Source: Gracilimonas sediminicola (lineage in GTDB: Bacteria; Bacteroidota; Rhodothermia; Balneolales; Balneolaceae). From it: a DNA stretch of 32,000 bases. The notes beneath the pieces were generated by a model. It did not search any database. It worked only from the letters and a program-made list of their open reading frames with translations, and was not told the origin of the DNA. The stretch lies in NCBI RefSeq assembly GCF_024320785.1, contig NZ_JANDBC010000001.1, positions 737,309-769,308 on the forward strand. The letters run 5' to 3'. Below are positions 10,201 to 17,408 of this stretch, one piece after another. A program made the translations under genes and the position numbers. Every line of letters begins with the position of its first letter. The first letter of the stretch is position 1.

Positions 10201-10627
10201 TGCCGATTATGTTGGCGGATTTTTAGGGCTGAGAAGTTATCCCTATTTCGCATTAGGCGGCAGTACTACCGGTTTTGCAAGCCTGTCCTGGTTTGCTCCC
10301 ATTTTCAGGAACATCAACAAACAAGTGGGGCCGTACACACTGGATAAAGTTTTTGCCCGTTTCTTCTTTGAAACCGGCAACGGATGGCGAAGTCCTTATG
10401 ACACGGGCAACAACCTGAAATCCGGCATCGGGGCCGAACTGCGACTGGCTTTAAACGGATATTACTTATTCCCGCTGAAGTTCTTTGTGAGTGGAGCATA
10501 CGGGTTCAATGAGTTTACCTTAACCCTGCCTGAAGATTTCATCACAAACTCACAGAGTAACAAAGTTACCTATGGGCGCGAGTTACTCATTCATTTCGGT
10601 ATAACCTTTGATTTTGAACTGTTATGA
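7265..10627 (+). CDS. Outer-membrane multidomain protein: peptidase-MA-like gluzincin domain + TolB/PD40-like beta-propeller repeats + C-terminal Omp85-like beta-barrel
   Basis: ATG at 7265 overlaps the upstream TGA (TGATG); the track starts at TTG 7262. Signal peptide is MRRFKLISVLFLLLGLAPFLSQAQ. HEYTH lies at 7655-7669, followed by PAWLAEGTAQY (HExxH...EGxA gluzincin pattern). PD40-like repeats include SPDGSRLAYLSN, SPDGNQIAYA, PAWNKDNNKIVAV, PEWGPTDSKIYFA and GPDGNYLYYSA. The last ~450 aa show amphipathic strand patterns and an Omp85-like GIGAELRLALNGYYLFPLKFFVSGAYGF motif. Confidence 0.75.
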   Translation: MRRFKLISVLFLLLGLAPFLSQAQTDVRFYDYPMNHLDWYTIESEHFLVHFQEGNSRSAQVVSRIAEEIHPPITDLYQYTPDEKVSIVLKDREDYSNGAAYFFDNKIDIWLPALNTPLRGTHNWLRNVITHEYTHIIQIQKGMKRSRKIPAFYLQWLSYEDVRRPDVLYGFPNGIITMPFATVNIPAWLAEGTAQYQTAGLLYETWDSHRDMILRTRILTDTYFSLQQMATFSSKTSLERETVYNQGYAFVIYLANRFGDEVLREITSSLGEKGVYTVEEAIKMATGLPGNEVFNDWIDERKDFYATATEGINPTLSDTVEKAGFFNFYPQQSPDGSRLAYLSNKGVDYGLLSLYLKDLDGNEKEVAVIDDLDFHRPKNHVSSLEPILTFLESSFSFSPDGNQIAYAINKKNKYGEHYRDIFIYDIKSEENKRLTNSARIESPAWNKDNNKIVAVQYSRGTQNLVLLHPEHPDSVTRLTNYQSGETVYTPEWGPTDSKIYFAKAVNGNRDIYLLDVESGVVLPYLSDKYIDYRDPHIGPDGNYLYYSANPEGIFNIFRVPLSSGESQQLTSVMGGAFMPFIGEDGILYFSEYHADGYKIKSSLENRLLAQPRFGYYEPPFPDEIMEPGADFEYINKLNDFDDTDIRPFGEQAEAIADTGSYRFELSTIDDDMERTYREYEDTYSGFSFFPVLRFDNYSQVNGNNGSLIRNGKIGQFGENLLRDAKPGVYFSSRDVIDKLSLFGGLMVGVASQPAESIGGFFRPDRLFGLDRDAFLIAEHRGLPFIERSWSPTVALEIYNLRRNVSDGLSIEEFRCTSCGRPDTISVDIAYDIWEAGLYFRSKLSRRSMLELGIAYSPYRVSTDDFYSRELKAQVSGSSSQYFRGTTLSASYTFDYYTYSNDADIAPLGLKGYARYQYQPSKLLEEYEIDDGSLSPVFKNSNNHSTEIHMRYGFKTFGDQAFQARVRGFHYFNNPGDSFYADYVGGFLGLRSYPYFALGGSTTGFASLSWFAPIFRNINKQVGPYTLDKVFARFFFETGNGWRSPYDTGNNLKSGIGAELRLALNGYYLFPLKFFVSGAYGFNEFTLTLPEDFITNSQSNKVTYGRELLIHFGITFDFELL

Positions 10628-11592
10628 GAAAGCTTTCCAGCATCTTAATTCTACTGCTGCTGACTTCAGCCGGAAGCAAAGCCCAGACACTGAGCAGTTT
10701 CAGTAATGAGATTTTTAAGGAAGCTAAGTCTGAGGTACATGATACAGGTGAAATTACGCTTTCAGATTTCTCTTACCAGTCTGCATACACAAATGGACAA
10801 TCATCTTTTTTAGAACTTCCACGAACCAAGCCGTTTGTTGCTTTTGCGGCATCGGCAATTATACCGGGTTCAGGTCAGGCCGCAAACGGGAAATGGGTAC
10901 GGGCCGGAATCTACTTTGCAGTTGAGGCCGTCGGTATTATCTATCATCTCGACCGAAATGCAACGGCTCGCCGGCAGGAAAAAGCTTATGAAGAATTCAC
11001 TCATCAAAACTGGAGCGTATTAGCTTATGCGGAATGGCTGGTGAATTATTCCATGCAAAATGACCTGAATAATGGCTGGCAGGATCTTCAGTCTCATATT
11101 TCCGGGAAAAACCCGGATTTCAGCAATACTACTAACGACTGGTCGAAGGTAAACATCAACCTGCTGCATCAGGTTGAACAGGAAACGCCTTTTGTATTTG
11201 AAAATCGGTATGGCAGCGAATTTTCACACTTGCTGCCCGATTATGGCTCGCAACAGTATTATGAGCTGATCAGTAAATACTATCAATACCAGCCGGGCTG
11301 GCAGGATTGGTACGGACAAGTTACCACCGCCGACAATCAAACCCCCGATATGTACCGATATATGTGGAATGGCAGGGATGAACCGTTTACTCTTTTCTAC
11401 CAGGGGCGGGATCGGGCGCAGGAATTCAATGACAACTACCGGGCAGCCGGGAACATCCTGAAGCTGTTGGTAGTAAACCATGTTGTCTCCGCCTTCGATG
11501 CATTATTCACGGTTCAGCTAAAAAACAGTCGTATTGAGACCAATACCAACCTGATGAAGATGGAGCAATTTTCTGTAACCTGGCACTTTTAA
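10624..11592 (+). CDS. Exported/membrane-associated hypothetical protein, DUF5683-like
   Basis: 322 aa with an ATGA start/stop overlap with the upstream gene. Signal peptide is MRKLSSILILLLLTSAGSKAQ. The segment ASAIIPGSGQAANGKWVRAGIYFAVEAVGIIY resembles the DUF5683 signature (A..PG.GQ.YN.K.WK) as I recall it. The family call is weak. Confidence 0.6.
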   Translation: MRKLSSILILLLLTSAGSKAQTLSSFSNEIFKEAKSEVHDTGEITLSDFSYQSAYTNGQSSFLELPRTKPFVAFAASAIIPGSGQAANGKWVRAGIYFAVEAVGIIYHLDRNATARRQEKAYEEFTHQNWSVLAYAEWLVNYSMQNDLNNGWQDLQSHISGKNPDFSNTTNDWSKVNINLLHQVEQETPFVFENRYGSEFSHLLPDYGSQQYYELISKYYQYQPGWQDWYGQVTTADNQTPDMYRYMWNGRDEPFTLFYQGRDRAQEFNDNYRAAGNILKLLVVNHVVSAFDALFTVQLKNSRIETNTNLMKMEQFSVTWHF

Positions 11593-11615
11593 CACGTTGA
11601 TAGTTCCTGTATTTT

Positions 11616-12476
11616 ATGCGCATGCTCAAGCAGATTCTGACTAACAAGTATTTTTATATCGGCACCTTCTCGCTGATGCTATTCGGTGCCGCTTTTCTAT
11701 ATGTGGCTGATAACTTCATCATGCCCTACTACACCAACTATAATGAAGGGGTAACGGTACCTGATGTAACCCGGATTTCTTTAGAAGAAGCCGAAGCTTT
11801 GCTAACCGACTATGGGCTTCGCTTTGAAGTGGCAGACCGTCGTGCCAATTCAGCCTATCCGGCGAATTACGTAATTGACCAAAGCCCCAGCGCCGATAAC
11901 ATCGTGAAGCCGAATCGGAAAATCTATCTCACGGTAAACAACGAGGTTAAACCACAGGTAGTGGTCCCCAATGTTGTAGATCTTTCCTTGCGAAATGCAG
12001 AAATACAGCTACAGAATTATGGACTGGAAGTGGGCAGCCGCAGTTATGAGTCGTCCCGGTTTAAGACCATTATACGCCAATCTATTTCAGGCGGAACCAC
12101 CGTTCAGAAAGGTACGGTGATAGATCTTGTGGTGGGAGACGGTTTTGGCAGTCGCATCATCACAGTCCCCGAAATTATTGGGCTCAGACTTCCTGAAGCT
12201 CAGCTCAAACTGCGTGAAGCCGGGTTCAGAGTCGGTGAAGTCCAGTTCCGGCCAACCAAAGATGTTGTACCCAATACCGTACTCGACTTTTCTCCTAAAG
12301 CGGAAGAACTTCGGGAAGGAGAAAGCCTGACACTGGTCATATCCGAACGTTTTGAAGTTATCGAACAAAGCGAAGGTGGAGCCGTGATCATAGATTCTAC
12401 CGATAATAATTCAGGTGCTAATCCTGATTCCCTCAACAATCAACAGAACCAACCCAATAACAACCCTGATCAATGA
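11616..12476 (+). CDS. PASTA domain-containing membrane protein (3 PASTA repeats)
   Basis: There is an N-terminal TM helix (YFYIGTFSLMLFGAAFLYVA). Three repeats fit the PASTA pattern: VTVPDVTRISLEEAEALLTDYGLRFEV, VVVPNVVDLSLRNAEIQLQNYGLEVG and ITVPEIIGLRLPEAQLKLREAGFRVG. The tail is N/Q/P-rich and looks disordered. Confidence 0.85.
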   Translation: MRMLKQILTNKYFYIGTFSLMLFGAAFLYVADNFIMPYYTNYNEGVTVPDVTRISLEEAEALLTDYGLRFEVADRRANSAYPANYVIDQSPSADNIVKPNRKIYLTVNNEVKPQVVVPNVVDLSLRNAEIQLQNYGLEVGSRSYESSRFKTIIRQSISGGTTVQKGTVIDLVVGDGFGSRIITVPEIIGLRLPEAQLKLREAGFRVGEVQFRPTKDVVPNTVLDFSPKAEELREGESLTLVISERFEVIEQSEGGAVIIDSTDNNSGANPDSLNNQQNQPNNNPDQ

Positions 12477-13141
12477 ATTTTGAACTTCCTATCGTTGCAC
12501 CATCCATTTTAGCAGCCAACTTTGCACGCCTTGGGCAAGATATAGATGATGCGGTTAAAGGCGGAGCAAGCTGGATTCATTGTGATATCATGGACGGGCA
12601 TTTTGTGCCCAACATCAGCTATGGGCCAGGCGTTGTAAAAGCTGCAAAATCATCTGCTCCCCAGGCATTCATCGATGTACACCTAATGATTGAAAACCCG
12701 GATGACTATGTGGAAGCATTTGTACAGGCCGGAGCCGATTTAATCTCCGTCCACTTCGAAACCTGCCCTCACCTCCACCGAACCCTGCAAAACATTAAAA
12801 AGTATGGGATTATGACAGGTGTCGTTGTTAACCCGGCTACTTCACTTCATAATATCGAACCAGTGTTAAATGATGTGGACCTGGTGCTGATTATGAGCGT
12901 AAATCCCGGCTTTGGCGGGCAGAGTTTTATCGAGAGCAGTTATGACAAACTGAAGCGATTGGCTGAAATCAGAGAAGAACAAGAGCTCGGGTTTCTGATT
13001 CAGGTTGATGGTGGCGTGAACCTCAAAAACGCCAAAAAGGTGGCCGAGTCCGGAGCAGATATTCTGGTAGCGGGAAGCAGTGTATTCAGCGCTGAAGATA
13101 TTACCGCCCGGTTTGAGGAGCTCACGGAAATACTGGGGTAA
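12473..13141 (+). CDS. rpe: Ribulose-phosphate 3-epimerase
   Basis: 222 aa with typical Rpe motifs: IAPSILAANFARLGQDI, HCDIMDGHFVPNISYGP, DVHLMIENP, MSVNPGFGGQSFI and QVDGGVN. The start overlaps the PASTA gene stop by ATGA. Confidence 0.93.
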   Translation: MNFELPIVAPSILAANFARLGQDIDDAVKGGASWIHCDIMDGHFVPNISYGPGVVKAAKSSAPQAFIDVHLMIENPDDYVEAFVQAGADLISVHFETCPHLHRTLQNIKKYGIMTGVVVNPATSLHNIEPVLNDVDLVLIMSVNPGFGGQSFIESSYDKLKRLAEIREEQELGFLIQVDGGVNLKNAKKVAESGADILVAGSSVFSAEDITARFEELTEILG

Positions 13142-13228
13142 TCCAATCCATCCGGCCTTACCCCTGTAAATCATTTCCCTGAAAGATAGCTTCCAAGGCA
13201 GCCTGCATCATTTCTTCTGCTAAATCCT

Positions 13229-13236
13229 TATCTTTG
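13229..13236 (+). promoter_or_regulatory. Candidate Bacteroidetes-type -7 promoter element (TAnnTTTG) upstream of phoH
   Basis: TATCTTTG is an exact match to the TAnnTTTG consensus. It is intergenic, correctly oriented, and about 20-30 nt upstream of where PhoH N-terminal homology begins. No good -33 TTTG was seen. Chance matches to this motif are expected elsewhere in 32 kb. Confidence 0.3.
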
Positions 13237-13469
13237 GGCAATTCTTTCATTCAAAAATTTATACCGCTATAGAAGACGAGAAAACACTTTCAGAACAAGT
13301 CATTGAAATCAAAGGTGCGGATCCTGTTGCCCTGTTTGGACTGCATGATCACAACATCATTGCTTTAGATAAGGCTTTTCCCGAAACCAAATTCAACACC
13401 CGCGGCGACCGTGTAAAACTCACCGGGCCGCAGGAGGAAGTTGATACAGCTACCAAAGTAATTGAAGGT

Positions 13470-14270
13470 ATGATTGAGCTGCTGGATCGCAAGAGCAAAG
13501 TAGCCGAGGACGATGTCAAAACCCTGGTTGCTCTTAAAAGTGGAGAAACCACAGCTGGCCGGCCTCAAATCCGTACGCTGGATGAGACTACAGGTGACAC
13601 CATCATTCATACCCATAACGGGGAAGCTATCACAGCTAAAACTCCCGGGCAGCGAAGAATCGTAAGTTCTTCAGCTGAACATGATATCGTGTTCGCTATT
13701 GGCCCGGCCGGTACCGGAAAGACCTATACCTCTGTAGCATTAGCCGTTCAGGCTCTGAAGAACCGCCAGGTAAGAAAAATTATTTTAGCCCGCCCTGCTG
13801 TTGAAGCTGGTGAAAACCTTGGTTTTCTTCCGGGTGACCTTAAAGAAAAAATTGACCCGTATCTCCGCCCTCTCTATGATGCCCTGGAAGATATGATTGA
13901 CCGGGATCGGCTGGAGCTTCACCTGACCAAGAACGTGATTGAAATTGCTCCGCTTGCCTACATGCGTGGACGTACCCTCAATAATGCATTCGTGATTCTG
14001 GATGAAGCACAGAATGCCACAAACACGCAGATGAAGATGTTCCTGACCCGAATAGGGTTCAACAGCCGGGCCATTATCACCGGTGATATTACCCAGACTG
14101 ACCTCCCCCATCGTCAGCAATCGGGACTCATTTCTATTCAAAAGATCCTGCAGGATATTGACGGAATTGATTTCGTTTACCTTGGCGAAGAAGACGTAGT
14201 ACGCCACAAGTTAGTCCGCGATATTATTAAAGCCTACGACAAGTTTGAGGATAAGAAGAAAAGAAAGTAA
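13470..14270 (+). CDS. phoH: PhoH-family ATPase (PhoH/YbeZ-like). The coordinates give the canonical-start minimum, and the real start is probably upstream at about 13257-13308
   Basis: Walker A is GPAGTGKTY. Family blocks present are ARPAVEAGENLGFLPGDLKEKIDPYLRPLYDAL, APLAYMRGRTLNNAFVILDEAQN, MKMFLTRIGFNSRAIITGDITQTDLP and EDVVRHKLVRDII. The same frame is open from 13224 and encodes an N-terminal-domain-like sequence with no ATG, GTG or TTG (see findings). Confidence 0.9.
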   Translation: MIELLDRKSKVAEDDVKTLVALKSGETTAGRPQIRTLDETTGDTIIHTHNGEAITAKTPGQRRIVSSSAEHDIVFAIGPAGTGKTYTSVALAVQALKNRQVRKIILARPAVEAGENLGFLPGDLKEKIDPYLRPLYDALEDMIDRDRLELHLTKNVIEIAPLAYMRGRTLNNAFVILDEAQNATNTQMKMFLTRIGFNSRAIITGDITQTDLPHRQQSGLISIQKILQDIDGIDFVYLGEEDVVRHKLVRDIIKAYDKFEDKKKRK

Positions 14271-14304
14271 CTGAATTACTCAGTTGCAAAGAGACAGAGT
14301 AAGC

Positions 14305-14655
14305 ATGGTTAAAACTCATCGGGATTTACAGATTTGGCAAAAAGCTATGCAGCTTGTAACTAAAGTTTATCAAGCTGTGGATGATTTTCCGGGCTTTGAA
14401 AAATTTGGGCTTATATCCCAGATTCGACGGAGCTCGGTTTCGGTTCCGGCCAACATTGCAGAAGGTTTTGGCAGAAGATCAAAGAAAGATTTTCGAAGAT
14501 TCTTGAATATCAGCATGGGTTCACTATTCGAATTGCAAACTGAATTAGAGGTATCATTTAACCTTGGGTTTTTAGAAGAAGAACTGTTTAAGGAGCTTTA
14601 CTCCGATACAAGAGAAATTGAGCGAATGATGAGCAGTTTCATCTCCACCCTATGA
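14305..14655 (+). CDS. Four-helix-bundle protein (23S rRNA intervening-sequence protein family)
   Basis: The sequence HRDLQIWQKAMQLVTKVYQAVDDFPGFEKFGLISQIRRSSVSVPANIAEGFGRRSKKDFRRFLNISMGSLFELQTELEVS is the characteristic family pattern (L.vWqka..l...iy......P..E.f.l..QirRaa.SI..NIAEG..R.s..d...fl.iA.GSl.El.t.l). I prefer ATG 14305 to the track's TTG 14284. Confidence 0.85.
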   Translation: MVKTHRDLQIWQKAMQLVTKVYQAVDDFPGFEKFGLISQIRRSSVSVPANIAEGFGRRSKKDFRRFLNISMGSLFELQTELEVSFNLGFLEEELFKELYSDTREIERMMSSFISTL

Positions 14656-14681
14656 CTTTGTAACTCTGTCACTCATTTACT

Positions 14682-15527
14682 TTGTCACACTTAACAACAC
14701 AAAACGACAACTCATTGTCACAAACAGAACAAACCTACGCTGCCACTTTGTATGAGGGCACATTTTCCGTTGGATTAGATAAGAAATTTGTCCGAATTGA
14801 GCGGGATGACCCTCCTGCGAAAGGAGCTTTGAAGCTATCCCTTAATCCGTTACTCATTCATACCCCGGAGCGGAATTACCTGTTTGATTGCGGAATTGGG
14901 GAGTTCGGTGAAGATACCGGACCGGAAACCATTCGGCAGAATTTGAACGACCACGGACTTACTGAATTTGATATCACCGATATCTTTTTGAGTCACCTGC
15001 ACTACGACCATATTGGCGGCTTAGCTCATCGTGAGAATGGCTATTGGGAACTTACGTTTCCGGATGCCAATCTTTGGGTTTCCAAAAAAGGCTGGGAAAA
15101 GATGATGGCTAAAGATGAGTACTATGATGAAGAGAAAACGGAGTTTGTCTCCTTTATCGATGCCAAAGCCGACCTCCATTTTCTGGACGAGGAAGATCAG
15201 CCCTATCCTGAATTGAAAGTCCGGAAGATTGGCGGACATACTGAGTTTCATCAAGTATTGCTTTTTGACGATGGCGAGCATAAATACCTGCAAGCCGGTG
15301 ATGTTATTGGAACCAAAGGAGCCATCAACCGAAAGTACGCAGCCAAGTATGACTTTGAACCCAAAGTGAGCCAGCAGAAGCGTGAAGAATTGGCCAAACT
15401 GGCATTTGATGAAGGATATACTATTTTAGCCTACCATGAAGATCAGAACCCTTTGTTTAAACTGACTGATTACAATGAGAAAACCGGGTACAGCACCGAA
15501 AACATCGAGTCTTATGTCCCTGCCTGA
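14682..15527 (+). CDS. MBL-fold metallo-hydrolase
   Basis: The HxHxDH motif is present (LSHLHYDHIGGL), with a downstream GGHTEFH. The start is uncertain: TTG 14682 lies inside a short repeat, and an alternative in-frame TTG sits near 14748. Confidence 0.8.
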   Translation: MSHLTTQNDNSLSQTEQTYAATLYEGTFSVGLDKKFVRIERDDPPAKGALKLSLNPLLIHTPERNYLFDCGIGEFGEDTGPETIRQNLNDHGLTEFDITDIFLSHLHYDHIGGLAHRENGYWELTFPDANLWVSKKGWEKMMAKDEYYDEEKTEFVSFIDAKADLHFLDEEDQPYPELKVRKIGGHTEFHQVLLFDDGEHKYLQAGDVIGTKGAINRKYAAKYDFEPKVSQQKREELAKLAFDEGYTILAYHEDQNPLFKLTDYNEKTGYSTENIESYVPA

Positions 15528-16305
15528 TTACATCACTGACATCAAAAACTTCCTCACCGATAATGACTTCCCTGAGCAAATAGACTCAGCCGTCATTCTC
15601 GGCTCGGGACTGGGTACATTTGGGGATCACATTCAGGATGCACTTTCTATTGAATATTCTGAGATTCCTGATTTCCCCCAATCTACCGTAGTCGGTCATT
15701 CCGGGTCGCTGATTTGTGGGGTAGTGGAAGGCAAAACCGTACTGGCCTTTTCCGGTCGTTTTCATCATTACGAAGGGCATGCTTTTGCCAAAACCGTACT
15801 TCCGGTGCAATTGGCTAAAGCTTTTGATGTGGACAAACTCATTATCTCAAATGCGGCTGGTGGTATTAACCTGCGTTATCGTGTTGGAGATTTAATGATC
15901 ATCGACAGCATCATCAAGCAGTATATGATGGTCTCTGAACCGGCTGTAAATACCTGGAGCTCAAAGTTTGAAAAGTATGCCCGCGAAGTAAAAGCTATTG
16001 CCCGCGACCTGAATATTGAAACCCAAACGGGAACTTATCTTTACGTGAAAGGGCCAAACTACGAGAGCAAAGCTGAAATAAGGGCCTTCCGCAAAATGGG
16101 CGGTGATGCGGTTGGGATGAGTACGGCCCCGGAATTAATTGAAGCTGCCAAACTGGGAGTTAAAACGGCCGCTGTTTCGCTGATCACTAATGCGGCTGCC
16201 GGAGTCACGGACCAGAAACTGGATCATGCAGAAGTAAAGGAAGCGGCAGATCAGAAAAAAGGAGTGTTTGCTAAGTTAGTGAAGGGATTGATTAAAGAAT
16301 TTTAG
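15514..16305 (+). CDS. Purine nucleoside phosphorylase (PNP/MTAP family, PunA-type)
   Basis: Matching motifs are ILGSGLG, GHSGSLICG, GRFHHYEGH, ISNAAGGIN, GPNYESKAEIRAFRKMGGDAVGMSTAPE and SLITNAAAG. I prefer ATG 15514 (MSLPDYI...), which overlaps the MBL gene end by 14 nt, to the track's 15475. Confidence 0.9.
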   Translation: MSLPDYITDIKNFLTDNDFPEQIDSAVILGSGLGTFGDHIQDALSIEYSEIPDFPQSTVVGHSGSLICGVVEGKTVLAFSGRFHHYEGHAFAKTVLPVQLAKAFDVDKLIISNAAGGINLRYRVGDLMIIDSIIKQYMMVSEPAVNTWSSKFEKYAREVKAIARDLNIETQTGTYLYVKGPNYESKAEIRAFRKMGGDAVGMSTAPELIEAAKLGVKTAAVSLITNAAAGVTDQKLDHAEVKEAADQKKGVFAKLVKGLIKEF

Positions 16306-16309
16306 TTGT

Positions 16310-16341
16310 AGCTGTCAGCATTCAGTTTTCAGCTGTCAGCT
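16310..16341. terminator. Hairpin between convergent genes (possible bidirectional terminator)
   Basis: AGCTGTCAGC occurs at 16310-16319 and again at 16331-16340. With the following T, the two copies pair as a 10-bp stem with one central T:T mismatch and a 12-nt loop. The hairpin sits between the PNP stop (16305) and the convergent lipoprotein stop (16374). Confidence 0.45.
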
Positions 16342-16373
16342 TCTCTCACTTTTTAAATTCCATATATATCATT

Positions 16374-17243
16374 TCACTCAAACTCATTGCAGCCGGGCTG
16401 GTAGTATTCCTCGTTGAAATCGGGATAAGAAGCGGTTAGTTCTTCATCGTCCCAGATCGAGGCCTTGGCCAATTCCCGGTTCTCATCTACGAATAGGGCC
16501 TGCCCGGTGCTGTCAACCCAACTACTTGAGGTTTGGACAAAAAGACACGGGTCAGAAAAATTATCTGTTCGGTCGATTTCACTCACACCATAGGAAGCAT
16601 GTACTAAATAAAACTTCTCCGAACAGAACTCCTCACACGCACTCACCAATAACCGGTCAGCATCAATCCAGGCTACCCCGTCAAAATCATTACCGGGTAC
16701 ATCAAAAGTATTTTGTGGCATCCACTGTCCATTTTCTTCTTCCCAAAAAGCAATATCAATGGTACAATCCGAGCGGGTTTCAAGCACAGCCAGCATACTT
16801 CCATCAAAAGAGGGAATTACATTGATTGACTGAAAATTTCCAATTTTATCTCCGCAAATCCCCGAATCATTAGGCGAAAACGTGAGTAGCAATTCACCGG
16901 TTTCGGCATTTGTCAGGTGGTATTCTTCGGAAAAACTTCCAGAGATCAGGTACCCGGCCTCTTTCATGTAAAACAGGTCTTCTGCATTGCCTTCCAACAC
17001 CTCAGAAACTTCGAAGTTGCCGGTTAATTCTGTATCCGTCAGGTAAACAGAGTATTCCTCATTCTTCACATCGCCGCCGTCAGGATAATTTCTCCTGTAG
17101 TCATACTTATTCAGTATATAAGCTATTTCAGAGCTGTCATCACTCCAAACAGGCGCAGCTATTCTTTCTTTGTTTTTCCATTTCGCACAAGAACCCAGCA
17201 GAATGGCTATCAAAACAACGATCAACAGAGATGGATTTTTCAT
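16374..17243 (-). CDS. Hypothetical lipoprotein with PD40/TolB-like repeat patterns
   Basis: It has a lipobox signal (MKNPSLLIVVLIAILLGSC). PD40-like stretches are WSDDSSEIAYIL and PSFDGSMLAVLE. Several Cys residues are present. I recognise no family with certainty. Confidence 0.7.
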   Translation of the reverse strand: MKNPSLLIVVLIAILLGSCAKWKNKERIAAPVWSDDSSEIAYILNKYDYRRNYPDGGDVKNEEYSVYLTDTELTGNFEVSEVLEGNAEDLFYMKEAGYLISGSFSEEYHLTNAETGELLLTFSPNDSGICGDKIGNFQSINVIPSFDGSMLAVLETRSDCTIDIAFWEEENGQWMPQNTFDVPGNDFDGVAWIDADRLLVSACEEFCSEKFYLVHASYGVSEIDRTDNFSDPCLFVQTSSSWVDSTGQALFVDENRELAKASIWDDEELTASYPDFNEEYYQPGCNEFE

Positions 17244-17408
17244 GGCAATGCACCCACAATGATTATTTCCCGCAGGTAAGCGGACATCCGTTATAAGCTA
17301 TCCATGCTAATGTAGCTCAAAATATTTTTATTTGGAAAAGGGAAAGTATTTGGCTGATTGCGGTCCAACCAACGGTTCAGAAAAAGAGACAACTCAAATA
17401 ACCAACAA

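Noticed and set aside
13349-13616. Minus-strand ORFs of 67 and 83 aa over the phoH 5' region
   Set aside because: They are antisense to a region whose plus-strand translation shows PhoH N-domain-like sequence. They are shadow ORFs.
15475-15513. Upstream extension of the PNP gene (track start at 15475)
   Set aside because: It would overlap the MBL hydrolase gene by 53 nt and add a non-conserved basic leader. ATG 15514 gives a normal N-terminus with a 14-nt overlap.
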